Shown: positions 45,997 to 54,632 of the stretch, in pieces
Position numbering within the stretch: the first letter of the stretch is position 1
How the letters are laid out: each line of letters starts with the position of its first letter
IMG/VR virus record: IMGVR_UViG_3300008267_000003
Coordinates: 64,001-128,000 of that record
From: a virus
Direction: 5' to 3' (one strand)
Length of the DNA stretch: 64,000 bases
Notes under the pieces: generated by a model
Database searches by the model: none
What the model was told of the DNA's origin: nothing
The model's input: the letters and a program-made list of their open reading frames with translations, nothing else
Position numbers and translations under genes: made by a program

Positions 45997-46891
45997 CTAT
46001 CTTGCTTTAGTTGTTGCTGTAGGTCTCTCTTCTGTAGCAGCTTACTTTTCTATACTTGGACTCACTGCAATCTTTGCAGCTTCATATTGGCCTGTTATTA
46101 TTATGGGATCAATGCTCGAGGCTGCTAAGGTTGTTGCTGCTTCATGGGCATTTCGTAATTGGAATGTAGCTCCTGCGTTCATCAGATACTATCTCGTAGC
46201 GGCTGTTGCTATTCTAATGATGATCACATCAATGGGTACGTTTGGGTATCTTTCCAAAGCTCATATTGAACAAACCTCATCTGTTGGTGATATTGCGGCT
46301 CAGGTTGCAGTGTATGATGAAAGGATCAAGAATCTAAATGAAAACATCGAGGCTAACCGTAAACTTCTTAAACAGTTTGACGAGGCAGTTGACCAGGTCA
46401 TGTCACGCTCGACGGATTCTAAGGGGGCGGAACGCTCGCTCCAAATTAGAAAATCACAACAGAAAGAGCGTAGCCGCCTCATGGAAGAAATTTCTACTCT
46501 ACAAAAAGAGGTTGGGAGGCTTAGTGCTGAGAGATCCCCACTGGTTTCGCAAGTCAAAAAAGTCGAGAAAGAGGTCGGTCCAATCAAGTACATCGCAGAA
46601 CTTTTTATTGATAGGGCTGATGATTCGTTTTTGGAGAAGACGGTCCGCTGGGTTATTATAATGATTGTGACTGTATTTGATCCTCTGGCTGTGCTGTTGC
46701 TTATTGCAGCCAATATGGGTATAATACGACAAGGTAGGATTAGTAAGATGAACAACACACGGGCTGCAAATATAGAAGTGAATAGAGATCTTGCTGCTGA
46801 GAGAAGGTTCAAAAAGCTACAAGAGCTAACTGGCAAGGCAAGCCGCAGTAAAGTTACTATTGACAAAAACAAGATAAGGAAGATGACATGA
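45989..46891 (+). CDS. Membrane protein with coiled coil
   Basis: N-terminal transmembrane helices, GYLSKAH, EVGPIKYIAE, FDPLAV. Confidence 0.7.
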   Translation: MINYLALVVAVGLSSVAAYFSILGLTAIFAASYWPVIIMGSMLEAAKVVAASWAFRNWNVAPAFIRYYLVAAVAILMMITSMGTFGYLSKAHIEQTSSVGDIAAQVAVYDERIKNLNENIEANRKLLKQFDEAVDQVMSRSTDSKGAERSLQIRKSQQKERSRLMEEISTLQKEVGRLSAERSPLVSQVKKVEKEVGPIKYIAELFIDRADDSFLEKTVRWVIIMIVTVFDPLAVLLLIAANMGIIRQGRISKMNNTRAANIEVNRDLAAERRFKKLQELTGKASRSKVTIDKNKIRKMT

Positions 46892-47943
46892 GTTTTTTAA
46901 AGAGTTTGATTAAGGAGATTGGTGATGAGGACACTTATTTGGCCAGTGACGGCGGTGGTAGTGCTGAGTATTCTGGTTGTATTGATACTGGCAGCTATAT
47001 TCTCAACGCTCTTCTCTCTGGCAGCATCTATGGCGGCGTACCTGATAATAAAATTACTGCATTTGCAGGAGAGTCCGCTACTGGTAAAACTTTCTTCGTA
47101 CTTGGTATCGTTAGAGCCTTCCTTGACAAGAACCCAAACGCAGCAGTCGTCTACTACGATACAGAAGCAGCCGTCACCAAAGCAATGATGGAATCTCGTG
47201 GCATTGATACAACACGTGTTATCATTGCTGAGCCAGATACAATTCAAAAATTTAAAACTCATGCTTTAAAGTTGATTGAGGCCTATGAGAAGCAGCCAGA
47301 AGATACACGTCCTAAGATGATGTTCGTGTTAGATAGTCTAGGATTGTTGTCAACATCAAAAGAGATGGAAGATTCTCTTGATGGTAAAGATGTAAGGGAC
47401 ATGACAAAGTCGCAAGTTATCAAAGCTGCTTTTAGAGTACTGACATTGAAGTTGGCAAAGGTCAAAGTACCTATGCTTGTTACTAACCACGTGTATGAGG
47501 TGATTGGATCGTATGTACCAACAAAAGAACTCGGAGGCGGAACAGGTCTCAAGTATGCTGCCAGCACTATTGCAATGCTCTCTAAAAAGAAAGAGAAGGA
47601 TGGCGATGGAGACATCATTGGTAACCAAATCAAAATCAAAACATACAAGTCGAGACTCTCAAAAGAGAACCAAGACGCAACTGTGCTACTTACTTACGAC
47701 AAGGGCCTAGATAGATACTTTGGTTTACTAGACCTTGCTGAAGAAGCTGGTGTAATTAAAAAAGTATCAACACGGTATGAGTTGCCAGATGGGCGTAAAG
47801 TATTTGGTAAAGAGATTAACAATAATCCAGAACAATACTTTACAGAAGAGATTTTGCAACAGCTAGAGAACTACGCAAAAGGAAAGTATAGTTATGGATC
47901 CCAAGTCGGAACATTACAAGATAACCTTCAAGAATCAGAGTGA
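46888..47943 (+). CDS. uvsX: RecA-like recombinase UvsX
   Basis: AGESATGKT, YDTE, LDSLG, GGGTGLKY. Confidence 0.96.
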   Translation: MSFLKSLIKEIGDEDTYLASDGGGSAEYSGCIDTGSYILNALLSGSIYGGVPDNKITAFAGESATGKTFFVLGIVRAFLDKNPNAAVVYYDTEAAVTKAMMESRGIDTTRVIIAEPDTIQKFKTHALKLIEAYEKQPEDTRPKMMFVLDSLGLLSTSKEMEDSLDGKDVRDMTKSQVIKAAFRVLTLKLAKVKVPMLVTNHVYEVIGSYVPTKELGGGTGLKYAASTIAMLSKKKEKDGDGDIIGNQIKIKTYKSRLSKENQDATVLLTYDKGLDRYFGLLDLAEEAGVIKKVSTRYELPDGRKVFGKEINNNPEQYFTEEILQQLENYAKGKYSYGSQVGTLQDNLQESE

Positions 47944-48038
47944 CCAGATAGGCTTCAAGTTCTTTTTTAATGACAGAGACATACTGGACTTTCTTAAGAC
48001 GAGACCTAATGGTGCACTAATACTCAAATTGGAGCAAT

Positions 48039-49430
48039 ATGATAGAGAAACTGATACTTTCCAACTTATTAAGTAATGAGGAGTATGGCCGAAAGGCCAT
48101 TCCTTTTTTAAAGTCGGAGTACTTTCAAGAAAGAACTATACGAGCGCTATACGATAGTATCGATACGTTTGTAAAGCAGTATAACAAGTTTCCTAGTAAA
48201 GAAGCACTTGTTATTGAATTAGATAATGACAAATCAATAGCGAGTATCTTCAGTGATGTTGAATCGCTAGTAACTGATCTTGAAGATACTCCTTCAACCA
48301 ATCTCGAGTGGCTCTTAGACCAGACAGAGAAGTTCTGTCAGGATAAAGCAATTTATAATGCTATCATGAAGTCCATTCAGATCATCGATACGGACAAAGA
48401 TAATCATAGCAAGGGTGCTATACCTCAAATTCTATCTGACGCTCTTGCTGTATCTTTTGACTCCAACGTGGGTCATGATTTTTTAGAAGACTTTGAGTCT
48501 CGATATGACTTTTATCACAAGAAAGAAAAACGTGTTCCATTCGATCTGGATTACTTTAACAAGATTACTAAGGGAGGACTCCCAACTAAGACCCTTAATG
48601 TGGTACTTGCTGGTACTGGTGTTGGTAAGTCTCTCTTCATGTGTCATTGTGCTGCAGCTAACCTCTTTAAAGGACATAATGTTCTTTATATAACAATGGA
48701 AATGGCTGAGGAGCGTATTGCTGAACGTATTGATGCAAATATGCTTAATGTTACTGTCGATGAACTGGCACTGCTTCCTAAAGATTCTTATCAGAAGAAG
48801 ATTGATCGTGTTCGTGAGAAGACTAACGGTAAGTTAATAATTAAAGAATATCCTACAGCATCTGCTGGTGCCGGTCACATGAGACATTTGTTGAATGAGT
48901 TGAAACTTAAACGAAACTTCAAACCAGATATCATATACATTGATTATCTTAATATTTGTATTTCTTCGAGATTGAAATATGGTGCAAATGTCAACTCTTA
49001 TACATACATCAAGGCTATTGCAGAAGAGCTGAGAGGTCTTGCTGTTGAGTTTGATGTCCCGATCGTTACAGCTACACAGACTACTAGAAGCGGATTTACT
49101 AGTAGTGATCTGGGCCTTGAAGATACCAGTGAATCATTTGGCCTTCCAGCCACAGCTGACTTTATGATTGCATTGATAAGTTCAGAAGAGTTGCAGGACC
49201 TCAACCAATTCATGGTTAAGCAGCTTAAGAACCGCTTTAATGATCCAGGGACTCATAGAAGATTTGTTATAGGCGTTGACAGGTCTAAGATGAGACTGTA
49301 TGATGTAGAACAGACAGCACAAGAAGATGTGCTTGATGATGATACACCAGTATTCGATAAATCAGATTCCGGAATGAGAATCAAATCAGAAAAAGGTAAG
49401 TTTAAAGATGCTTTTAAATCGTTTAGTTAG
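48039..49430 (+). CDS. gp41: Replicative helicase gp41
   Basis: AGTGVGKS, ITMEMAE, IDYL, SESFGLPATAD. Confidence 0.97.
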   Translation: MIEKLILSNLLSNEEYGRKAIPFLKSEYFQERTIRALYDSIDTFVKQYNKFPSKEALVIELDNDKSIASIFSDVESLVTDLEDTPSTNLEWLLDQTEKFCQDKAIYNAIMKSIQIIDTDKDNHSKGAIPQILSDALAVSFDSNVGHDFLEDFESRYDFYHKKEKRVPFDLDYFNKITKGGLPTKTLNVVLAGTGVGKSLFMCHCAAANLFKGHNVLYITMEMAEERIAERIDANMLNVTVDELALLPKDSYQKKIDRVREKTNGKLIIKEYPTASAGAGHMRHLLNELKLKRNFKPDIIYIDYLNICISSRLKYGANVNSYTYIKAIAEELRGLAVEFDVPIVTATQTTRSGFTSSDLGLEDTSESFGLPATADFMIALISSEELQDLNQFMVKQLKNRFNDPGTHRRFVIGVDRSKMRLYDVEQTAQEDVLDDDTPVFDKSDSGMRIKSEKGKFKDAFKSFS

Positions 49431-49570
49431 CATATTCTGGTTTCTGATTATGTTCACAATAGTATTCTCCATATCAACTTTCTTTCTAACAGTTAACCAT
49501 GTCATTAGTTATGTTAGCAGGTTGTTTGATTTACCTATGGTTGTAATCTATACGATGATAGAAAGACAAA

Positions 49571-50047
49571 ATGAGGCTGAGGACGAGAAAGTTTAATAAT
49601 CGAAAGCTATCCAGTATACTTCGAACAGCAACTAAATTTTATATTCAACACCTACTTCCAAACTATAAACACAGTCTTTTCAAAATTGACATAATTGGTG
49701 TAAAAAATTTAGAAGCGGATGGTACATTCGAGAAAATATCAACGAACAGATATACTATAGAGCTGAGGACTGATTTAGATATACAAATAATGCTACTAAC
49801 GCTTGCTCATGAATTGGTTCACCTTAAACAATATGCAACCAATGAATTGAGAAGCCGGGTGGTTGCTGGCCAGCTTGTTGATATATGGAAAGGCAAGCGG
49901 TACAGGAATCTCAAATACGATGACCAACCGTGGGAGATAGAAGCGTTACAAAAAGAACAAGATTTGTTCGAAGATTTCATATCCGAGTGTTATGCGTCTG
50001 GAAAATTGATAAATAAGCTAGTGAAACTGCGCGGTTTCACCCGTTGA
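49571..50047 (+). CDS. Putative zinc metallopeptidase
   Basis: LAHELVHLKQ (HExxH), PWEIEA. Confidence 0.7.
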   Translation: MRLRTRKFNNRKLSSILRTATKFYIQHLLPNYKHSLFKIDIIGVKNLEADGTFEKISTNRYTIELRTDLDIQIMLLTLAHELVHLKQYATNELRSRVVAGQLVDIWKGKRYRNLKYDDQPWEIEALQKEQDLFEDFISECYASGKLINKLVKLRGFTR

Positions 50048-50072
50048 CCTAATTCCCACTTTCCATTATAGT
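50044..50072 (+). promoter_or_regulatory. Sigma70-type promoter
   Basis: TTGACC-N17-TATAGT. Confidence 0.65.
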
Positions 50073-50100
50073 AATAATACATTACTAACTCGGAGCTTCT

Positions 50101-50604
50101 ATGTCTAAGACTTTTGTTGCTATTTTAGCAATGTATTTTATTTTTGTGATTAGCAATGACCCAGCAGAGAAACGTGCAGTAATCCAGCCCGCGCAGACGT
50201 TATCTCCTGATATGATGAATCTACTATCAACAGCTAAGAAGTATACTAACTATCAGGGAACTCTTAGTCTACCGCACGTCAGCGAGGTTTCTCAGAAAAA
50301 GCTAGAGGAGATGTACTGCAATAACCGTCCTCGCTGTCCAGTATCTGCTCTTTACTTCCAAGGTCAGATATTCTACAGTGACCGTCTAGATATGCAGGAC
50401 TTGTTATCACGTTCTATCCTCCTCCATGAGTTCGTACACCACGTACAGAATGAAAGACACGGTGATACATACGATTGTGATATGTGGAAAGCAAAAGAGT
50501 TAGAAGCATACAAAATACAAGCTCAGTTTCTTAGGAAACATGGATATAATGACCAAATCATTCGCGATGTTGTAAAGACATTGAGATGCCCTATTAAAGG
50601 ATAA
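50101..50604 (+). CDS. Exported HExxH protein
   Basis: N-terminal hydrophobic segment; LLHEFVHHVQ; ELEAY. Confidence 0.65.
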   Translation: MSKTFVAILAMYFIFVISNDPAEKRAVIQPAQTLSPDMMNLLSTAKKYTNYQGTLSLPHVSEVSQKKLEEMYCNNRPRCPVSALYFQGQIFYSDRLDMQDLLSRSILLHEFVHHVQNERHGDTYDCDMWKAKELEAYKIQAQFLRKHGYNDQIIRDVVKTLRCPIKG

Positions 50605-50606
50605 GC

Positions 50607-51176
50607 ATGACAAATAAAGTGAGTGAAACCACTGCAGCTACAGCGCAAGATGATGTTGATTTGCTATTATATAAATCTGGATCGTTTTATCTTTCCGGTG
50701 ACATCGATGAACATTCTGTTTCAGATTGCATAAAGTGGATACTGGCTGAAAATATGGCCAACCGTCATACGCATCTGAACTTGTACATAAACAGTCTTGG
50801 TGGTGACCTATACCAGGCTTTTGGTCTTATTGACCTGATAAAAGCTAGTAGAATTCCTGTACACACAATAGGCGTAGGTAGTTTGATGAGTGCTGCATTT
50901 CTTATCTTTATTTCTGGTTCAAAAGGCAATCGAATTATGACTAAAAATACTAGCGTCATGTCTCACCAGTTCTCAACCTATTATGAGGGTAAAGAACACG
51001 ACGTTAAAGCTTCAGAAAAAGAAACTAGATATATTAAGCAGCGTATGTTAGATGTTATTAAACAAAGCTGTACAATGGACGAGAGAATGATAAAGCGAAA
51101 GCTACTTCCACCATCCGATGTCTGGCTATCTGCAGATGAATGCGTGGAGTTAGGTGTAGCAGATGCAATCTTCTAG
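50607..51176 (+). CDS. clpP: ClpP-like protease subunit
   Basis: LYINSLGG, MSAA, MSHQ, DVWLSADEC. Confidence 0.85.
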   Translation: MTNKVSETTAATAQDDVDLLLYKSGSFYLSGDIDEHSVSDCIKWILAENMANRHTHLNLYINSLGGDLYQAFGLIDLIKASRIPVHTIGVGSLMSAAFLIFISGSKGNRIMTKNTSVMSHQFSTYYEGKEHDVKASEKETRYIKQRMLDVIKQSCTMDERMIKRKLLPPSDVWLSADECVELGVADAIF

Positions 51177-51184
51177 TAAAATTG

Positions 51185-51206
51185 ACCCACTTCGGTGGGT
51201 TTTTTT
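51185..51206 (+). terminator. Intrinsic terminator
   Basis: ACCCAC-TTCG-GTGGGT plus T-run. Confidence 0.9.
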
Positions 51207-51210
51207 ATGA

Positions 51211-51218
51211 TATAAATA
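51211..51218 (+). promoter_or_regulatory. Late promoter TATAAATA
   Basis: Exact consensus heading the 51243-54632 operon. Confidence 0.85.
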
Positions 51219-51242
51219 GAAGATAATGTTACGGAGTATGCA

Positions 51243-52253
51243 ATGAAATCATTTTTTCAATTCATTTTAGAATCAGTTTTAGTTGAGAAAGCACCTACAC
51301 CATCAACAGGTGCTCTCGAAGCAGCTAATAAAACAAACACAGCATTCGGAGATGCTTATGAGACAGCAACTGTCCTTCTTCTTCATAATAATACAGCTGC
51401 CCAGCATAATAAAGATAAAAACTACCTAGCTTCCATTGAGCATGTGAAACAAAAACATGAAAAAGCTATGGCCAGTCTGCCTTCTAATAAAGCAGGTGAT
51501 GCGCTCACGTTTGCAAGACGATCAGTGCATGCATATCTTGGAACACTATCGCATCAGGGCATTACTCAAGATCATATACATGAGGTTCATCATACAAGCC
51601 AAGGTATCAGTTCACATTTAGGTAAAACAGTCGATAGAGCAAGTAATCCTCACGATCTGTTAATAAAGGGTTCTAAAGATGGTAAATCTTTCATGCACGG
51701 TGCATCTCTCAAAGCTAAATCAGGTACTGCATCAAACAATTCAGTAGCTGCTTTTGAAAGAGCAAGTAATGCAGGTGATTCAAAACTTGGAGTAAAGACT
51801 AATATTTCTAAGCATTGGGAAGAAGGTAAGAAGAATGCTGGGTTGGTTGGTAAGACTGCTAAAGCGATAAAAGAACTACGCCATGATCCAGAAGTCAAAG
51901 AAGCTAATAGAAAAACTCAAAATGCATCAGCTGGTACACATGCAGAGGATTTTAACAACGCTAGTCACGAGGCTAAGCAGAAACACATGCTACACTTCTT
52001 AAAAGCAAATCCAATCCTTCCATACCATTATGTTGTTGGTAATAAGGGTACATCAACACCTATCAAAACACATCCAGCTGTTCAAGCTATCCACAATTCC
52101 AAATCATTAACTGCCACTACAAAGAACAATGTAGTTCATTTCCACAATGAAAAAGGTGAACACATTGCTTCTGCTGAGCATAGAACAACTCATGGACCTT
52201 TTGTGAGTCCACAAGTTAATTTTAAATTTGGAACAATGAAAGCTGCAAAATAA
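51243..52253 (+). CDS. His-rich putative internal virion protein, possible PD-(D/E)xK nuclease fold
   Basis: MKSFFQFILE leader; PHDLLI...GASLK. Confidence 0.5.
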   Translation: MKSFFQFILESVLVEKAPTPSTGALEAANKTNTAFGDAYETATVLLLHNNTAAQHNKDKNYLASIEHVKQKHEKAMASLPSNKAGDALTFARRSVHAYLGTLSHQGITQDHIHEVHHTSQGISSHLGKTVDRASNPHDLLIKGSKDGKSFMHGASLKAKSGTASNNSVAAFERASNAGDSKLGVKTNISKHWEEGKKNAGLVGKTAKAIKELRHDPEVKEANRKTQNASAGTHAEDFNNASHEAKQKHMLHFLKANPILPYHYVVGNKGTSTPIKTHPAVQAIHNSKSLTATTKNNVVHFHNEKGEHIASAEHRTTHGPFVSPQVNFKFGTMKAAK

Positions 52254-53419
52254 TGCGTCATATATTCTATCTACTGAAAGAATCAGCAGCCAACGAAGAG
52301 AAGTTAAAGCATCTTGAGCATGCAGAAGACCATCCTATCAACGCTGGTGTTGATGGATACAAACATGCTGTCAACACTCTTACCGCTGTACATAAAACAC
52401 TCACAGGTCAAAAGGGTGGTGCTGATCTAATGACCAAATATGATGGCAGTCCGAGTATTGTATTTGGACATCATCCACAGACTGGTAAGTTCTTTGTTGC
52501 ATCCAAATCTGCGTTCAACAAAGATCCAAAGATTAACTATACTGACGAAGACATTGAAACTAATCATGGTCATGCTCCTGGTCTAGTATCTAAACTAAAG
52601 ACCGCACTAGCCCATCTTCCAAAAGTTAGCCCTCAGAAAGGCGTCTTTCAAGGAGATGTGATGCATACATCTGAGGATGTGGAAGAGAAGGGTGGTAAGG
52701 TTCACTTTAAACCAAATCTAATTAAGTACTCTACACCAGCCGACTCAGCAGAAGGTAAGAAGATTAAGAACTCCAAGATTGGTGTTTATGTCCATACAGG
52801 ATATGAGGGTGGTGATGTTGAGTCCATGAAAGCAAACTATACTCCAAATCTTTCTGGTTTTGCTAACCACGACAGTGTCCATATGATGAAATGGGGATAT
52901 GACACAAAGAATTCAGACTATAATGAAGATGCTCAGAAGCAATTTAAAAGACATTTAGAAGATGCAACGGATGTTGGTAAGAAACTAAAACCTAAAGATT
53001 ATGCAGCTATTGAACCTCACACCGAACATATAAAAACTTACATCAACAAGACAGTAAGAGATGATTCAACCCCTACTGCAGAAGGTTTGTATGATCATGT
53101 CAGAGACCAGCATGAAAAGGGTATTGAAAAGGTCAAAACTCAAAAAGCAAAAGATCAAAAGACTCAAGCAATGAATACGCAGCTAGGTCATATAAGAGCT
53201 AACACTGAGGCTATCAGCAATGTGTTTGCAATGCATCATCACCTACAGAAAGCAAAGGATGTATTAGTCAATGCTATGTCTCATGGCCAAGACTTCGAAC
53301 ATCATATTGGTGATACAAAAACAAAACCAGAAGGATTTGTTGCTGTTGTAAATAATAGACCAACTAAGCTGGTTGATAGAAACGAGTTTAGTAAACAGAA
53401 TTTCTTAGCGAGACAATAA
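52253..53419 (+). CDS. Ligase-like nucleotidyltransferase (DUF6267-like)
   Basis: KYDG motif I, FQGD, PEGFVAV, KLVDR. Confidence 0.6.
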   Translation: MRHIFYLLKESAANEEKLKHLEHAEDHPINAGVDGYKHAVNTLTAVHKTLTGQKGGADLMTKYDGSPSIVFGHHPQTGKFFVASKSAFNKDPKINYTDEDIETNHGHAPGLVSKLKTALAHLPKVSPQKGVFQGDVMHTSEDVEEKGGKVHFKPNLIKYSTPADSAEGKKIKNSKIGVYVHTGYEGGDVESMKANYTPNLSGFANHDSVHMMKWGYDTKNSDYNEDAQKQFKRHLEDATDVGKKLKPKDYAAIEPHTEHIKTYINKTVRDDSTPTAEGLYDHVRDQHEKGIEKVKTQKAKDQKTQAMNTQLGHIRANTEAISNVFAMHHHLQKAKDVLVNAMSHGQDFEHHIGDTKTKPEGFVAVVNNRPTKLVDRNEFSKQNFLARQ

Positions 53420-54024
53420 TGAAAAGATTCTCTCAATTCATAGCTGAGGCAGTGCAGAAGAAAGCATTGCATGTTTTTGATATTGATGATACTCTTATGC
53501 ATACAACGGCAAAGATCCACGTTAAGGACCCTCAAGGTAAGGTAGTAAAGACTCTTACAAATCAAGAGTTTAACGATCATAAGCTACCTGCAGGACACAG
53601 CTACGACTTTGGTGAATTCAGAAACGCTGAGAAGTTTAATAAAGAGTCTAAGCCAATGCCGCACATGATCAACCATGTGAAGAAGCTGACATCTGATCCA
53701 AGCAATCATGTTATATTTAATACAGCACGTGCTAACTTTGATGATAAGAATACTTTCTTGCATACCTTCAAGAAGCATGGTATTAATATGAACAAGATTC
53801 ATGTTATCAGAGCAGGTAACCTCAATAAAGAGGGTGCCCCTGCTGAGAAGAAAGCTGTAGTCATTCACGGCTACATAAAGAAGCACAAGTACAATGATGT
53901 CCATATGTACGACGATAGCAAGACTAATCTAAAGTCTTTTGTTGGATTAAAACAGGCTCATCCAAACACAACATTCCATGCTCATCACGTTGAGGGTGAG
54001 AATGTAACAACGAAGGTAGTATAA
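53419..54024 (+). CDS. HAD-family phosphatase
   Basis: FDIDDTL, TAR, K, YDDS. Confidence 0.8.
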   Translation: MKRFSQFIAEAVQKKALHVFDIDDTLMHTTAKIHVKDPQGKVVKTLTNQEFNDHKLPAGHSYDFGEFRNAEKFNKESKPMPHMINHVKKLTSDPSNHVIFNTARANFDDKNTFLHTFKKHGINMNKIHVIRAGNLNKEGAPAEKKAVVIHGYIKKHKYNDVHMYDDSKTNLKSFVGLKQAHPNTTFHAHHVEGENVTTKVV

Positions 54025-54632
54025 TGAAAAGATTTACCAATTTCCTCCTAGAAGGAAAAGATAAGACTGCGGTTCTACTATTTGGTAGAATGAATCCCAT
54101 TACTAGTGGTCATGAGGAGAACGTAGAAGCTGCCCATGATCTGGCAAACTCTCATGATGGCCACCTTCATGTTGTTGCTAGTGGTTCACATGATGAGAAA
54201 AAGAATCCTCTTTCACCAGAACAAAAGCAAAAACATTTGCAGCGTGCATTCGGACACTTAGACAGTACAACAATTACTACAGCATCTAAATCAAAACCAA
54301 CAATCATGCATCATGCATCTGATATTGCTAAGACAGGTGTTAAGCATCTAGTGATTGCTGGTGGTAGTGACAGGGCAGAGGAGTATAAAACGTTGCTCAA
54401 TAAGTATAATGGAGTCAAAGGAAAAGCTCATGGTGAGTATCACTTTGATTCAATTACAGTAAAGAATACCGGTGAACGTAAGGCTGGTGTTAGTGGTACT
54501 GATATGAGAAATCATGCTTCAGGTGGTAACTACGGTAAGTTCAAAGCTGGACTTCCAAGTAAAATCAAGAAGAATGAGAAGTACTCAAGAGATATGTACA
54601 ATGATGTAAGATCGGGAATGAATATTAAATGA
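54024..54632 (+). CDS. Cytidyltransferase-like (HxGH family) nucleotidyltransferase
   Basis: FGRMNPITSGH, KNPL, GSDR, SGTDMR. Confidence 0.8.
   Translation: MKRFTNFLLEGKDKTAVLLFGRMNPITSGHEENVEAAHDLANSHDGHLHVVASGSHDEKKNPLSPEQKQKHLQRAFGHLDSTTITTASKSKPTIMHHASDIAKTGVKHLVIAGGSDRAEEYKTLLNKYNGVKGKAHGEYHFDSITVKNTGERKAGVSGTDMRNHASGGNYGKFKAGLPSKIKKNEKYSRDMYNDVRSGMNIK

Noticed and set aside
47894-48076. 60-aa ORF bridging uvsX and gp41, and ORF 49408-49596
   Set aside because: Plausible small genes, but they overlap neighbours and have no motif support, so they were not listed as features.
1772-49430. Introns or inteins in gp17, gp43, gp41 or uvsX
   Set aside because: All are uninterrupted and of ordinary length, with no intein terminal motifs.
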